A DNA stretch of 63,213 nucleotides, the filler included, from Octopus bimaculoides (Eukaryota): assembly GCF_001194135.2 (NCBI RefSeq). It is 6 parts of 6 records of this genome, joined end to end, with 100 filler letters (N's around TTAATTAATTAA, not from the genome) between each part and the next. Parts side by side here need not be neighbours in the genome. Positions count along the whole stretch, not along the records: positions 1 to 28,454 come from NC_068984.1; positions 28,555 to 35,181 come from NC_068999.1; positions 35,282 to 40,020 come from NC_069004.1; 3 more parts are not named here. One strand, written 5' to 3'. Numbering within the stretch: position 1 is the first letter of the stretch; every line of letters begins with the position of its first letter. Below are positions 24,183-36,875 of the stretch, piece after piece. The position numbers were made by a program, and so were the translations under genes. A model generated the notes under the pieces. It was given only the letters and a program-made list of their open reading frames with translations, was not told where the DNA came from and searched no databases.

Positions 24183-24999
24183 CAAGGTGCAATGGGTAAA
24201 TTGTCGCTATTTTATATTTTTAATTTCGCACATGTCATTGTTTTTGATTTTGTCAACTACACAGTATAGTAGGATCAGTTGGGTACTGTCTGAGAAAAAC
24301 AGCAACATGATGCAATTCACTCCGCAAGAAATTTGGAAGCGACATGCTGTACTACTTGGCATTCATGCCAGAAGCTCCTCCATGAACATTTCAGAGTGTT
24401 TCGGTATCAATCTGAGGACATGTACCAAGAATGATAAAAATCAAACATCCAGTCAACATCATGGTGTTTGGAGTGATCACTAGTGATCGTGATATCATAC
24501 CTCCATTCGTCTTCCTACACGGCCTCAGACTCAACATGGCACCCTACATCAAGTGCCAGGAGGAGGTAGTACTGCCCTATATCTAGCAACAGGACTTTGT
24601 ACTATGCCACACAAGCAGGAGAACCCAGTCATGGCTGTCAGACGATTTCTGCAAACACATCACCCTTAATGTCTGTCTACCTAACTCCCTAGACTGCAAC
24701 CCCCTTGATTATTATGTGTGGGGCCCAGTTGAGTGAGAGACCAATAAAACGCCTTATAACACCAAAGATGAACTGAAGGCAAGGATTATGGTAGCATTCA
24801 CCAACTTAGACAAGGAGACTGTCCAGAAGAGTTGCAGGCGATTCCAAAGTCATCTGGAGGCCATGGTTGAAGCCAAATTTACTCTTTAGTATTTCAAGAT
24901 ATTTTAATGTAATTTTGGTAAATATATCTGTTAAAATGAGAAGTCAGTGTTATTTTCATTTTTGCATAATTTAAATGACAGTTTATTCACTGTACCCTG
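24183..24999 (+). mobile_element. Internally deleted Tc1/mariner-superfamily element (maT/DD37D-like)
   Basis: TA|CAAGGTGCAATGGGTAAATTGTC ... GACAGTTTATTCACTGTACCCTG|TA. The remnant transposase reads PNSLDCNPLDYYVWG...NTKDELKARIMVAFTNLDKETVQKSCRRFQSHLEAMVEA. Confidence 0.88.
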
Positions 25000-26289
25000 T
25001 ATATATACTTGCATGTGTCTGTGTTTATCACCCACCACTGCTTAACAACTGGTGTGTTTATTTCTCCATGACTTAGTGGTTTAGAAAAAGAGACCAATAG
25101 AATACATACCAGGCTTAGAAAAAAAAATTCTGAGTTCAATTTGTTCAACTAAAATTCTTCAAGATGATACTCCAACATGGTCACAGACTGTTGACTGAAA
25201 CAAATAAAAGATATATATAGGGCGAGAGAGATGTATGCATGTAAATATATATATCCATGTGTGTGTGTGTGTGTATCTTTATTTTTGTGTTTATTCTCCA
25301 TCACTGCACAACAACTAGCATTGGTGTGTTCAAGTCCCCTTAGCATAGCAGCTCAGCAAAAAGAAACTGAAAGAATAGTGACAGGGTTTAAAATAAGTAC
25401 GGGGATCAATTTATTTGACTAAACTCTTCAAGGTAGTGCTCCAGCATGGCTGCCATCTAAATACTAAAACAAGTAAAAGATAATGTATAAATACTCTATA
25501 TTCTGGTTATTTTCTTAAAAATTGAGAACACTGGATATCAATAACTTATTGTCCTCAATTATTTCTTTAGATTATTCTCTCAGTTTGTCTTAACTTAATT
25601 GCATGTCATAATCAGTCATACTTAGCTTTAAATATATCAACAGTTTCTTTACTCAGTTTGAAACATCTATTCTAAATTTCTCATATTTTAATATAGAGTT
25701 CCTAGAACAAACTTATTGAAACCACCATTCAATCTATAATTCTGTACACAATAAAGTATTTTAGTGACAAGAAATGTGTTTTCCCGTTCTTAAGTCATGT
25801 TCCAAACAACAGCTTGGAACATAATGGGTGTAGTAACCATATTTTACAGTATACAGTCAGCATGGTGTATAGTGTAGACATGTAGTATAAACATTAAAAA
25901 AATTGTCCCTATCTTTACAAATCCTCTGCATTTCACACAGACTATTTGGTCATCCAAAGTTGACTCAGTGCATTAGTTCAACAACATTTGTTTTTTTTGG
26001 CTATAAATTTTGGTCCAAAAACTTTGACCTGTATACTGGAAAATATGGTAGTTATTTCTCTAAATCTTCTAATTTTTGATTCATCATCATCATTGATACC
26101 CTTCCTATTTCCAACCCTCACCAGTTCTCAAAGATAACTAGAAATGAGGGACTCTGCTAGTATGATGGTGATACTCGTTTATAACTATCCCATGATGTCA
26201 AGACAAGGAGACACAAACACACTCACACACTTGCATGCATGTACACATATATACGCACATGCATGGCTTGTATGCTTCACTGGATGTGT

Positions 26290-26875
26290 AATGTAAGTGC
26301 ATATGTCCGACAGAGTGCTAGTATATTGAGAGAGAAGTTAGGCATAAGGAATTAGATGTAGTATGAAAGAAAACTGGACTGGTTTGGTCATGTTATGCAG
26401 ATGGATGCCTATGGCTCCATTCAGAAATGCTGGTCTCTCAAAGTACATGGAACTTGTGGAAGAAGATACAGGAAGACATGGGATGAAGTACTGAAGGATG
26501 ACCTCAGGATGCTGAACCTTTCAGATGAGATGACAAAAGACTGAGAAACCTGGCACCTTGCTGTACTCAAGAAGACCTGTATTCCACAGTAGAAGTGTTA
26601 AGGCCACTCCCCCAGGTGAAGAGGACTGACCTGCAAGAGTCCTATATTGGTACCACATAAAAACACTCATGCTGGTGCCATGTAAAAGTGCTTGTACAGT
26701 GCCACATTAAAAGCACCCAGCACGTACTGTAAAGTGGTTGGCGTTAGGAAGGGCATCCAGCCATAGAAACCAAGCCAAATCAGACTGGAACCTGGGGCAG
26801 TTCTCCAGCTTGCCAGCGCTGGTCAAACCATCCAACCCATGCCAGCCTGAAAAATGGACCTCAAATAATGATGAC
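26290..26875 (+). mobile_element. 5'-truncated RTE LINE (ORF2 C-terminus plus tail)
   Basis: The degenerate translation reads LDWFGHVMQMD...GTCGR...RKTWDEVLKDDLRMLNLSDEMTKD, followed by the shared 3' tail ending GATGA. Confidence 0.8.
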
Positions 26876-26960
26876 AGACAGATATATATATATATTGATA
26901 GAAAAGGTAAGACAACAAAAGAAAGAAAGATATTATGTAAATAGAGAAATTTATCTGTAA

Positions 26961-27152
26961 ATAATATGTGACAATTATTCAGTAGCCATGATAAAACTCC
27001 CAGTTTCGGATGTCGGGGCAGAAACCCATGCCACCATCTCTTCAGTTATCAGGCCATGGCCAGATAACTGAAGAGATGGCGGCGTGGGTTTCTGCCCTGA
27101 AATTTGAAACTCGGAGTTTTATCATGGCTACCGAATAATTATCACATATTAT
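26961..27152. repeat. 192-bp loop-less palindrome (96-bp arms, ~10 mismatches)
   Basis: Centred on GGCCA|TGGCC (27056/27057). Aligned by hand, the arms match at about 90%. Confidence 0.93.
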
Positions 27153-28029
27153 ATATATATATATATATATATAGGCTTCTTTCAGCTTCCATCTCCCAAA
27201 TCTACTTACAAGGATTTCGTCAGGCCAGAGCTATAGTAGGAAATATGCCCAATGTACCACACACTGGGACTGAACCTGAAACCATGTAGTTCGGAAGTGA
27301 TCTACAGGAAGCATATTTCAATTGAAATACAGTCAAGAAAGAGTTGAATAACACATTCCTAAATTATACATATTTCACAGGAATAAGTATGAAGAGATGA
27401 TCTGCTTTAAAAATACTAAGACTGTTAGCCTTATGACACCAGCATAGTACGCAGCAGAATTTTCACCATCATAAATCACAACCTCGGGTTTTACAAATAT
27501 ATTCCTTACACTTGAGTACTATACACAATAATTTCATTCTTCTTCTTATTATTATAAATGATATGTGAAAGGATTAATAAGAATTACGGTTGTCAATTAG
27601 TGTTGCAAGATTAATAAGAAGGTTCTTGAATATCAAAAAAGAAGAATGATCTCACCAAAAACAAAAATTGAAGATTAAAATTGTAGAAAACATGTGAAAC
27701 AAAAAGTAAAAACTATATACTGAAATAGTTCAACGCATAATACTAAGTTCGCTTGCTATTATTGAACTGCCCTTTGAATGCAAAATACATAGTGATCAAT
27801 GTACTAAAGGGAGATAATTCCGCCGGAAAAATTATACTTAAGGTATTTCTATCCGAATGCATTTGGTTCTAATTCTATGCTGATATAAACATACGTGTAC
27901 GTGTGTATCTGTGTATATACAAATATAAGAGGGAAAGTACTCAATAGAGAATTAAAATTGAGATTTACACGACTTATGTGAATTTCTTAATATCAAAAAT
28001 TAGTACCATGACATTTAGAGTAATAGCAG

Positions 28030-28454
28030 TGTAGTAACGCCGTGCGCATGCGTAGTCTCACGCATGCGTGGAATTCAACATCCAAGCGTTTCCCGCTTTA
28101 TTCTGTCTCTTTCGCGGTCGGCCGGCATGGAGCATGGACGTGTCAAGCTGTTTCTCTCCATCTTTCGAACTCACGCCAGACAGCTCACATCAACATACCA
28201 ACGTACACAAGCAACCATGTTCTCACACACAGAAGGCGTCTCAACAACCAAGAGTAAAGCTGTATATTTTCCACCATAAATAAATATTGTTGAGTTGATA
28301 GTTTGGAGTTCTGCGTTCCGTTCATTCTAATGTAATATAGGAAATTGGGTGTACACCTAATGGTGTATAACCAATTTCCTACAAACTGGTGACCCCGACT
28401 AAAGAACAAACGCGGCCATGGATTCTGGACTACCAACCAATAATACTATACGAG
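28030..28454 (+). mobile_element. Gypsy-type 5' LTR, tRNA-Trp PBS and start of gag, cut by a scaffold linker
   Basis: LTR TGTAG...CTACA (28030-28383) contains AATAAA. PBS TGGTGACCCCGAC (28387-28399) is complementary to the metazoan tRNA-Trp 3' end. ATG at 28418 reads MDSGLPTNNTIR. Confidence 0.8.
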
Positions 28455-28554
28455 NNNNNNNNNNNNNNNNNNNNNNNNNNNNNNNNNNNNNNNNNNNNTT
28501 AATTAATTAANNNNNNNNNNNNNNNNNNNNNNNNNNNNNNNNNNNNNNNNNNNN
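28455..28554. other. Artificial scaffold linker N44-TTAATTAATTAA-N44 (also at 35182, 40021, 56312 and 59194)
   Basis: An identical 12-mer, with stops in all six frames, is centred in N runs five times. Confidence 0.95.
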
Positions 28555-28627
<73 letters not shown>

Positions 28628-29156
28628 TACACAAGGATAAGATCAGAAATATTTAATTAAAGTTACCAATGGTACGAAGAACAACCAATGTGGCATTACT
28701 AGGAAGAATTTACTTAACTAACTATAGAAGGGGAAAATAAAGGACAAGTGGCGATGGAGGCAGTAATAGATACTGTTTAAGATTATATTAAAAATACTAA
28801 AATGAATAACATACTGATTTGAAGCGAAGAATGTAAACATGATGACTGAAACATCATTGCCTTGTAATATATTAATATACGGATGTTAACGCAAATCAAT
28901 GGAAGAACAAGGTACAAGATATTTAGTTGAGAAATAATAATAACAACAATATACATGCTTACAAGGAGAAGATCGGGTATATTAAGTTACTAGTGGTACA
29001 AGGACAAATCATGTAGCATTACTGGGAAGGAATTACTTAACCAACTATAGAAGGGGAAAATATAAGACAAGTGGCGATGGATGCAGAAATAGATATTATT
29101 TAAGACTATATTAAAAGATATTATTCAGAGGACATTTGGTAAAAAAAAAATTAAAA

Positions 29157-29234
<78 letters not shown>

Positions 29235-29235
29235 T
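28555..29235. repeat. (TAA)n-bounded region containing two ~170-bp imperfect direct repeats
   Basis: The motif CAACTATAGAAGGGGAAAATA.A.GACAAGTGGCGATGGA occurs near 28720 and 29042. (TAA)n tracts lie at 28555-28626 and 29158-29235. Confidence 0.75.
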
Positions 29236-29264
29236 AAAACCTTAAACTAGTTGCAAGGATGGAA

Positions 29265-29648
29265 TCAATGATAAAAAATGAAGGTGTGTCTCTGCCAGTG
29301 CTGACATCGACACGCTCTCTGTGTTATCTGGTTAACTAGGCGATTCTTGGAGAACAGAATATGGAAAAGCTCCAAGTTACAAAGAGGACAAAAATCCTTA
29401 CCTTTGTCGTAGGGAACTGGGGTAGCCAGCATAGACCATTCCAAAGAGAATTGTTTATTGCAATCTTTCAGTTCCCAAATAAATTTACCTTGGCCGGTAG
29501 TGTTAGCCTTATTCCTATCCCCAAATGAAGAATAATGGTTCGATATTCTCTTGGAGACCTGCGTCGGTGAGCTACCTACGTAAAACGAGACTTCAGCGTG
29601 AGACATTACCTTGCATTGATAAACCACATTCTTGGTCTTGGCATTCAC
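29265..29648 (-). mobile_element. Penelope-like element GIY-YIG endonuclease domain (5'-truncated)
   Basis: NVVYQCKV...FYVGSS...KRISNHYSSF...KFIWELKD...WSML...PYDKGKDFCPLCNLE matches the layout of the PLE GIY-YIG domain. Confidence 0.85.
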
Positions 29649-29862
29649 ACTTAAAAACTTATTCTATTAGGATTTAATTCCGAGATACTAATCTTATTAT
29701 TGTTACAGATATTGTTATGATTCCTAATATTGTACATACTACCTATATTAATACCTAATATTAATACTCTTTGGAGTAGAGAGCACATATATTTTGAAAC
29801 ATATGTAGGAATTAAAGGAACTTCTATTTATATGCGTTTTGCTCCATTTATTGTTATTATTC

Positions 29863-29955
<93 letters not shown>

Positions 29956-29958
<3 letters not shown>

Positions 29959-32317
29959 AGTGGATCTTGCATGCATGAAGTGGATTCAATCCACCATAGC
30001 CAAATTTAAATTAACACTGCGACAGAACTTTTCCCACGGTGGAACAATGGTTTTTCTCTGACAGCAGTTTAATATTTTCCAGATGCCTTTAGCTAGGTCG
30101 AAACAATGTCTTCACCACTTGACCCTTTGTAATCTCTTCTACATCACCAAAATCTAGACTAGAGATAACAAGACCACCAACTAAATCTATTGTTCTCAAT
30201 AATATATCTATCCTTCTAGATAGTTATAAAAGCAAGGAAACCCCAAGCAAAATTTAGTTTAGTCACCAGTCGGTGACGACTCAACCAGTTCAGTCACCAG
30301 TCGGCTAGAACCTTGGTCAGAGGGGAAAATGACGTTTACTGCCAGCAACTGTGAGACAACGTACCACACTCTATAACTTTCACTAGCTCACTTTCTTTTC
30401 TCTGTAACATTACCATATCTCTGTCTATATACTGCTACAAGATCGTGTACACACATATACAGGCCGAAATTAACTTTCTTTACCTTGAATGCTTTGCGAA
30501 CTGTGCTATACTATTACGCTAACCTACCCGTCGTGGTATGGCATTTATTAAAGTAACGATAAATAAATATATCTTTACAACTTCGATCACTCTTCTTCAT
30601 TCATCTTATAACCGTTACAATTGGTGACCCCGTGAAAAAAGAACCACTGCCTTCTGAAACAGCATTACCAACAGTCACAACTGTCAACCCCGAGTGAAAG
30701 AATTACTACCTTCTGATGCTAGATGCCGCTGATTCGAACTAAAGAACTAGGATATCAACAGTCGCTAGACCAAAGGGAAAATTAATGACAACCTTCGACA
30801 CCACCAAGATGCACCCTCCTTCAGCCTTCTACAAAAAGCTCTACACTGCGATGCAATCTATGATGCACTTCACAACAATGCAACACTGCCGTAGCACAAG
30901 GTATTCGCCGACCATGAAAGCCTATAAGCGCAACATTTTGACAGCTACATGCCCAGAAACTAACTGGAAGAAAATACGGAATCCCGCACATGCAACCTTT
31001 TCGGCACACACACACACACACGCTTTTCGTCTCGTCCCGACGTACAGGCCCTGCAATGGCTACGAACTTTTGCACGTACATAAGACTCTCACATAGACTT
31101 TCAACAAATGTTTTTCTTTGCATGCACATTTTCTTTTCACTTTCAGCAGTAGACTTTTCACAAAGGAAAACTATTTTCAGCTAAGTTTGTTATTCTGTTT
31201 GCATTGCACACTTTCATTTGTTCACGAGTTACATATTCCGCGAAGCACACATTCCGCGAAGCACATATTCCGCGATGCACACATTCCGCGAAGCACATAT
31301 TCCGCGATGCACACATTCTGCGATGCATAAATTCTGCGACGACTCGTTTTACTAAAACTGCTAATTTCAGGTGCATATTTTTTGACTGTTCTATGTTATT
31401 ATTCATATTTTGCATGTACCTTTTTTTTGTTCGCTTTGAAAATGTTTGTATTGTTGCATACACACACACATGCACCTTTCCTCAGCGCATAGCCTTGCAC
31501 ACACATTTGCACACATGGTTCATACATACACAAATGCTAACTATGTCACATTCATGCACCACACATTCCTATCTCGCTTGTTTTTCCTGCTATCTGCACC
31601 CTTGTAGACACAACTCATCTCTTTAAGACTCTATGTCGGTCACGCAGACATAGAGAAAGTTGTTTGTCCCTTACAGCGCGCCAGCATGTCACACTTTTGT
31701 TCCTGCATGATCGAGGTTTATAATACCTCATACACCGGCTGGCAGCCTCAGCCTTACTGCATTAATCACTGGTATATTCAATACTGTACACTGTATTTGT
31801 AATCAATGCACTAGCATTAGCCTCAGCCTTGCAAGCTCTATTGCACTCATGCACTTGCATCTGTATTATGCATCTACCGCCTTGTTTTGCAACACGTCTG
31901 CATCACCTCGATTCCAATCCCGACTCAAAGCACGTCGGATGTTCACATGCTCTGCGCTCATGTTTAGACATAATTTCCTCCGTTAGACTCCTGTTTGGTC
32001 ACGTAATTAACAGAGAAAATGATATGTCTCGCGCATCACTCCAGCATGCTTACACTGTCGTCCTTGCTAACTCAGCACTTAACCTCGACAACAGCACCAG
32101 ACGCATTTCACTTTGTAAAATCATTCCAGGGCATTTACCATGCATTTCTTCGTCTCTTTTGTTCGTTCACTTCCCTTCCAGGAACCTCACTGGCGAGGAG
32201 AGTGATGTAGTGGATCTTGCATGCATGACGTGTCTTGTTACTGCATCCTCCCTCTGTACATCTTATATTATAGACTACATTCCTAGCTTTACAGTTTGTT
32301 TGTGGGCTAAATCTACA
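29956..32317 (+). mobile_element. Composite/nested Gypsy-type LTR retroelement remnant
   Basis: LTR TGTAAC...GTTACA (30403-30619) is followed by PBS TGGTGACCCCG (30622-30632). A PPT GGCGAGGAGAGTGA precedes a short LTR TGTAG...CTACA (32206-32317). The first 23 nt of that short LTR recur at 29956-29978. No intact pol ORF. Confidence 0.65.
31230..31340. repeat. 16-bp minisatellite, about 7 copies, ACA(T/C)ATTCCGCGA(A/T)GC
   Basis: Tandem units read directly, with alternating T/C and A/T variants. Confidence 0.9.
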
Positions 32318-32360
32318 TACAGTACAGTCCCTATATATATGCAGGAACTGTACTGTACTG

Positions 32361-32391
<31 letters not shown>

Positions 32392-32806
32392 NNNNNNNNN
32401 NNNNNNNNNNNNNNNNNNNNNNNNNNNNNNNNNNNNNNNNNNNNNNNNNNNNNNNNNNNNNNNNNNNNNNNNNNNNNNNNNNNNNNNNNNNNNNNNNNNN
32501 NNNNNNNNNNNNNNNNNNNNNNNNNNNNNNNNNNNNNNNNNNNNNNNNNNNNNNNNNNNNNNNNNNNNNNNNNNNNNNNNNNNNNNNNNNNNNNNNNNNN
32601 NNNNNNNNNNNNNNNNNNNNNNNNNNNNNNNNNNNNNNNNNNNNNNNNNNNNNNNNNNNNNNNNNNNNNNNNNNNNNNNNNNNNNNNNNNNNNNNNNNNN
32701 NNNNNNNNATATATATGTGTATGTATGTATGTATGTATGTATGTATGTATGAATGTAGAATGTATGTATGTATGTATGTATGTATGTATGTATGTATGTA
32801 TGTATA

Positions 32807-35181
32807 CTAGCAGGAGTACTCGGCGTTGCTCGAGTATTAAATACTCAGCAATGGTCTTAATAAGTTCTACCATGTTTTGTTGTTGTACATCTCTTTGAGT
32901 ACTTTTTGCGTTAAGTTGCAATCAGTGGCAGCGAGGAAGAAATGATTTTTTCCCATAGACCATAAATAAAGTAGTAACAACAGGGTGAAAAACCCTGGAG
33001 AAACTACAAGAGCATCTCAAGAGGTGCAACAATTGAATGTAAATTAGCCCTGAAGGGGGCCGTGTTATCGTTTTCACAATAGCTCTGAAAAGGATTGTTA
33101 ACCATTCACCGGTATAAATGTCCATTTTCGTTCACATGAAAAGCAGTGATGCCAAAACTCAAGCCATCTGCAAGGAGATTGAGAAGCTCTAGCGGACACA
33201 ATAAAAAAAAAAGACTTAAGAAAAACAGGTAATTTTGAAAGAATGGCAGCAATAGTACTCACTAACCATAAACCTGTTCGGCAGGGAAGCTGCGGTATGT
33301 TGGACGGCCTACACACCTCGCGGTAGACGCCATTTTACGTTTTGGCTTTTGGGGTGAACACGAAAAGGTTTTTTTTGCATCCGACTCTTGAGCATCCGTG
33401 CGAGAAGCATGGTTGGACTAAATGGAGGCCTGTTGTTGTTAGTGTTTGGGCTTGGGACTTGTTGATGGACATGGCAAAGCAAAGTCGAAGAGGGAACTGA
33501 AGTCGACATGAGGGACAGGGGCATTGCTTATCTGATGGAGTAAGAGATATTCTGGGTATAAAGATGTTGTCTTTGGCCGCAATCCATAAAAAGTGTTGCT
33601 TCGATAACATAAGGCAGCACATTTTTTACCACTAACCGCATTCCGTTGCACGGACGTGGTGGCTCCAGGTTCCTCAGCAGCATGACCGGAGCTCCAATTT
33701 TGAAGTGTAGTTGATGAGGTGGTAGTCCAGAGGGGTCCAAAGGAATAGAGGAATTCTGTGGGAAAATTAACGGCCTATTCTTCGTCCACAACAGTGTCCA
33801 CATATTTGCAGGTATGAAGGTTTCTAGGAAGGCTTCGTAGTAGGTTTTCATTGAGTTTCGCAACAAATGTGATTTTGGGAGCTAATATGGCTCTTTCGCA
33901 CAACCAATTCAGATTTTGGTATCTTATATGCAGATCAGGAAAAACAGCAATCGCAAGGTCGTCCACAGTGTCCACAGGTGTGTCTACGTGTGAGACAATC
34001 ATCTCTCCAGCTGCATCGGCGGGAGTTGTACCATCACCAACATTGAGAAGTTGCTTGGAGAAGTCGCCCGATAAGTTGTCGCCGAAAAGCTGGGCCCTCA
34101 TGTTTGCTGTAAGAATCAAAATCGTCACGTCCTGCCACAGGGAAGATAGCTTAATGCAAGTGATTACAGCGTCGGCTCTAGTGCCTTTTGGAATTATGGG
34201 TAGGGTTTGTCTGAAATCACCATACAGGAGGGAAACACAGCCCTTGATGTCTTTCAGGGTCTTGTCCAGTGCTTCAAGGGATCCTTTATGTGCCATGTTT
34301 CATTCGTCCCAAACAATGAGCTGACACCTTCGCAGCACTTCTGCTTTGTCTGAGTCTTTTGTAATATTGCAGGTGGCTGAGTCGGACACAGAAGCATTGA
34401 ACGGGAGTTTGAAGGTCGAATGAACCGTCCGACCCTCGGGCAGTAGAGTCATGGCAATTCCGGAAGAAGCTACAGCTAAAGCGATCCCCTTTTGCTGGCG
34501 TACTTTTGCAAGGAGGAGTTTAGTCATGAATGTTTTACCTGTTCCTCTTGGAGCATCTAAAAAGAAAATACCTCCTTTGCGTTTACGAATGGAAGTGTAG
34601 ACAGCGCTGTATGCGTGCAGCTGGTCCTGAAGCAATTTCGGCTCATTTTCGTCGATGCATTGATGAAGAACATCGACGTCGTAGGCTGTTACCTGAATAA
34701 CGCCTGTTGGTAGTGTGTGCGAGCATGTTATGCTGACTTTCGGCAGACCATAAAATGAAAGGTCGTTACCGCCGGCAGTAAGTAGGCTCTCCTCAATGTC
34801 AATGAGTGCTCTGTTAAAGAATTCATCGTTGAAACTGACGTTCAAGTGAGGCAACAGAAGTTGCCCTTGATGGTGGTAGTCCTCTGAAAGGTCTTCCTTG
34901 TATTTCTCCCATAAGGTTACAGGATCACTGAGTTCGCATGTTTGCAGTAGCACTGCAAGAGCATTCGAAGACTCCTCGCCGAGCGTATTGTAGCTGCTTC
35001 CGCCATTGTTGCGTCCCACTGAGCGCCGTCTTCTAGCAGGCTGCGTTTAAGGCAAGGTTCGCGGTATGTAGCAAAGACTTCACCGCTTTTCAGGTCGTCG
35101 AAAGATGTCGGTCCCGTGACCTCATACAGCAGTAGGCGAAGGTAAAAACGATACCTGTTGGATAGGGTGAACTGTGTAAAC
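32807..35181 (-). mobile_element. Helitron 3' half: degenerate PIF1-type helicase plus canonical 3' terminus
   Basis: Fragments read FYLRLLLYEVTGPTSFDDL, FFLDAPRGTGKT (Walker A), [47 protein letters not shown]. The 3' end has the hairpin TACTCG-N8-CGAGTA followed by CTAG^T at 32807. Frameshifted; the Rep domain would lie beyond the linker gap. Confidence 0.93.
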
Positions 35182-35615
35182 NNNNNNNNNNNNNNNNNNN
35201 NNNNNNNNNNNNNNNNNNNNNNNNNTTAATTAATTAANNNNNNNNNNNNNNNNNNNNNNNNNNNNNNNNNNNNNNNNNNNNCCCCCCCCCACTCTCACCC
35301 TTTTCCCCCCTCGGTATCGTTTGAATTTTTTCGCTGTCTTTTCAAGCGTGAACTGCAATGGTTTCCAATTATTCCACCCTTTCACTCTCACTCTCACTCC
35401 ACCCCCACACTTCTACCTTACAACTCTCAACTCCTCCCTCCACCCTCCACGCGCCATTCGTCTATCCCTCTTCATCGTCAGTCATCAAAAGATAAAGAAA
35501 GACAAACAAAAAAACTATATGTTTATATACATACATTTATTTTGTTGACCTTCTTCCTATTTTATGTATATTATCCCCAATTAACTTTTAGCACTTCACT
35601 TCACACGCACACACG

Positions 35616-35662
<47 letters not shown>

Positions 35663-36057
35663 ACGTACGCACACATCAAATAAGCACGGACATTCGTGTA
35701 TAAACGTGTGTTTGTATAAATGAATATATAAATATATAAATATATATATATATACATGTGCATGTTTGTGTGTATATGTGTGTGCGTTTGAATGCATATT
35801 CGTGTATTTGAGAGAGCTTTCTTTCTGTAAGCTAGAAAACATTCTCGATTCGACTAAAAGGTTCGGAACGGTGTCAGACGTTGGGAATAATGTTGTGGAT
35901 TACATTCAGTTGAAAATAACTAGCAACGTTTGCTCTTGTGCATCACTCTTAAGCTTGTTTATCAAATACTTGGAAAGCTCGTTTAGTGCTAAACATGCGG
36001 CCATGTGTAAACAATTATTTTAAGTAAAAGTAATAAGCATACATTAATATTATACTT

Positions 36058-36131
<74 letters not shown>

Positions 36132-36792
36132 TTATTTATTTATTTATTTATGTGTTTCAGCCAAGTGGCTGCGGTCATGCTGGTGCACCACCGTGAATAT
36201 ATNNNNNNNNNNNNNNNNNNNNNNNNNNNNNNNNNNNNNNNNNNNNNNNNNNNNNNNNNNNNNNNNNNNNNNNNNNNNNNNNNNNNNNNNNNNNNNNNNN
36301 NNNNNNNNNNNNNNNNNNNNNNNNNNNNNNNNNNNNNNNNNNNNNNNNNNNNNNNNNNNNNNNNNNNNNNNNNNNNNNNNNNNNNNNNNNNNNNNNNNNN
36401 NNNNNNNNNNNNNNNNNNNNNNNNNNNNNNNNNNNNNNNNNNNNNNNNNNNNNNNNNNNNNNNNNNNNNNNNNNNNNNNNNNNNNNNNNNNNNNNNNNNN
36501 NNNNNNNNNNNNNNNNNNNNNNNNNNNNNNNNNNNNNNNNNNNNNNNNNNNNNNNNNNNNNNNNNNNNNNNNNNNNNNNNNNNNNNNNNNNNNNNNNNNN
36601 NNNNNNNNNNNNNNNNNNNNNNNNNNNNNNNNNNNNNNNNNNNNNNNNNNNNNNNNNNNNNNNNNNNNNNNNNNNNNNNNNNNNNNNNNNNNNNNNNNNN
36701 NNNNNNNNNNNNNNNNNNNNTATTCTCACCTCGTTTGTATTTGATTTACGTTTACATGTGTGTGTGGGTGGGGTGATCGTGTGTGTGGGGTG

Positions 36793-36822
36793 AACAACAA
36801 CAACAACAACAACAACAACAGC

Positions 36823-36873
<51 letters not shown>
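36793..36873. repeat. Compound (AAC)n(AAT)n microsatellite
   Basis: Read directly. It explains the poly-I/poly-V and poly-L pseudo-ORFs. Many (CA)n, (TA)n and (TATG)n tracts occur elsewhere. Confidence 0.95.

Positions 36874-36875
<2 letters not shown>

Noticed and set aside
31230-31340. CRISPR-like appearance of short repeats
   Set aside because: Units are contiguous with no unique spacers, there are no cas genes, and the context is eukaryotic.
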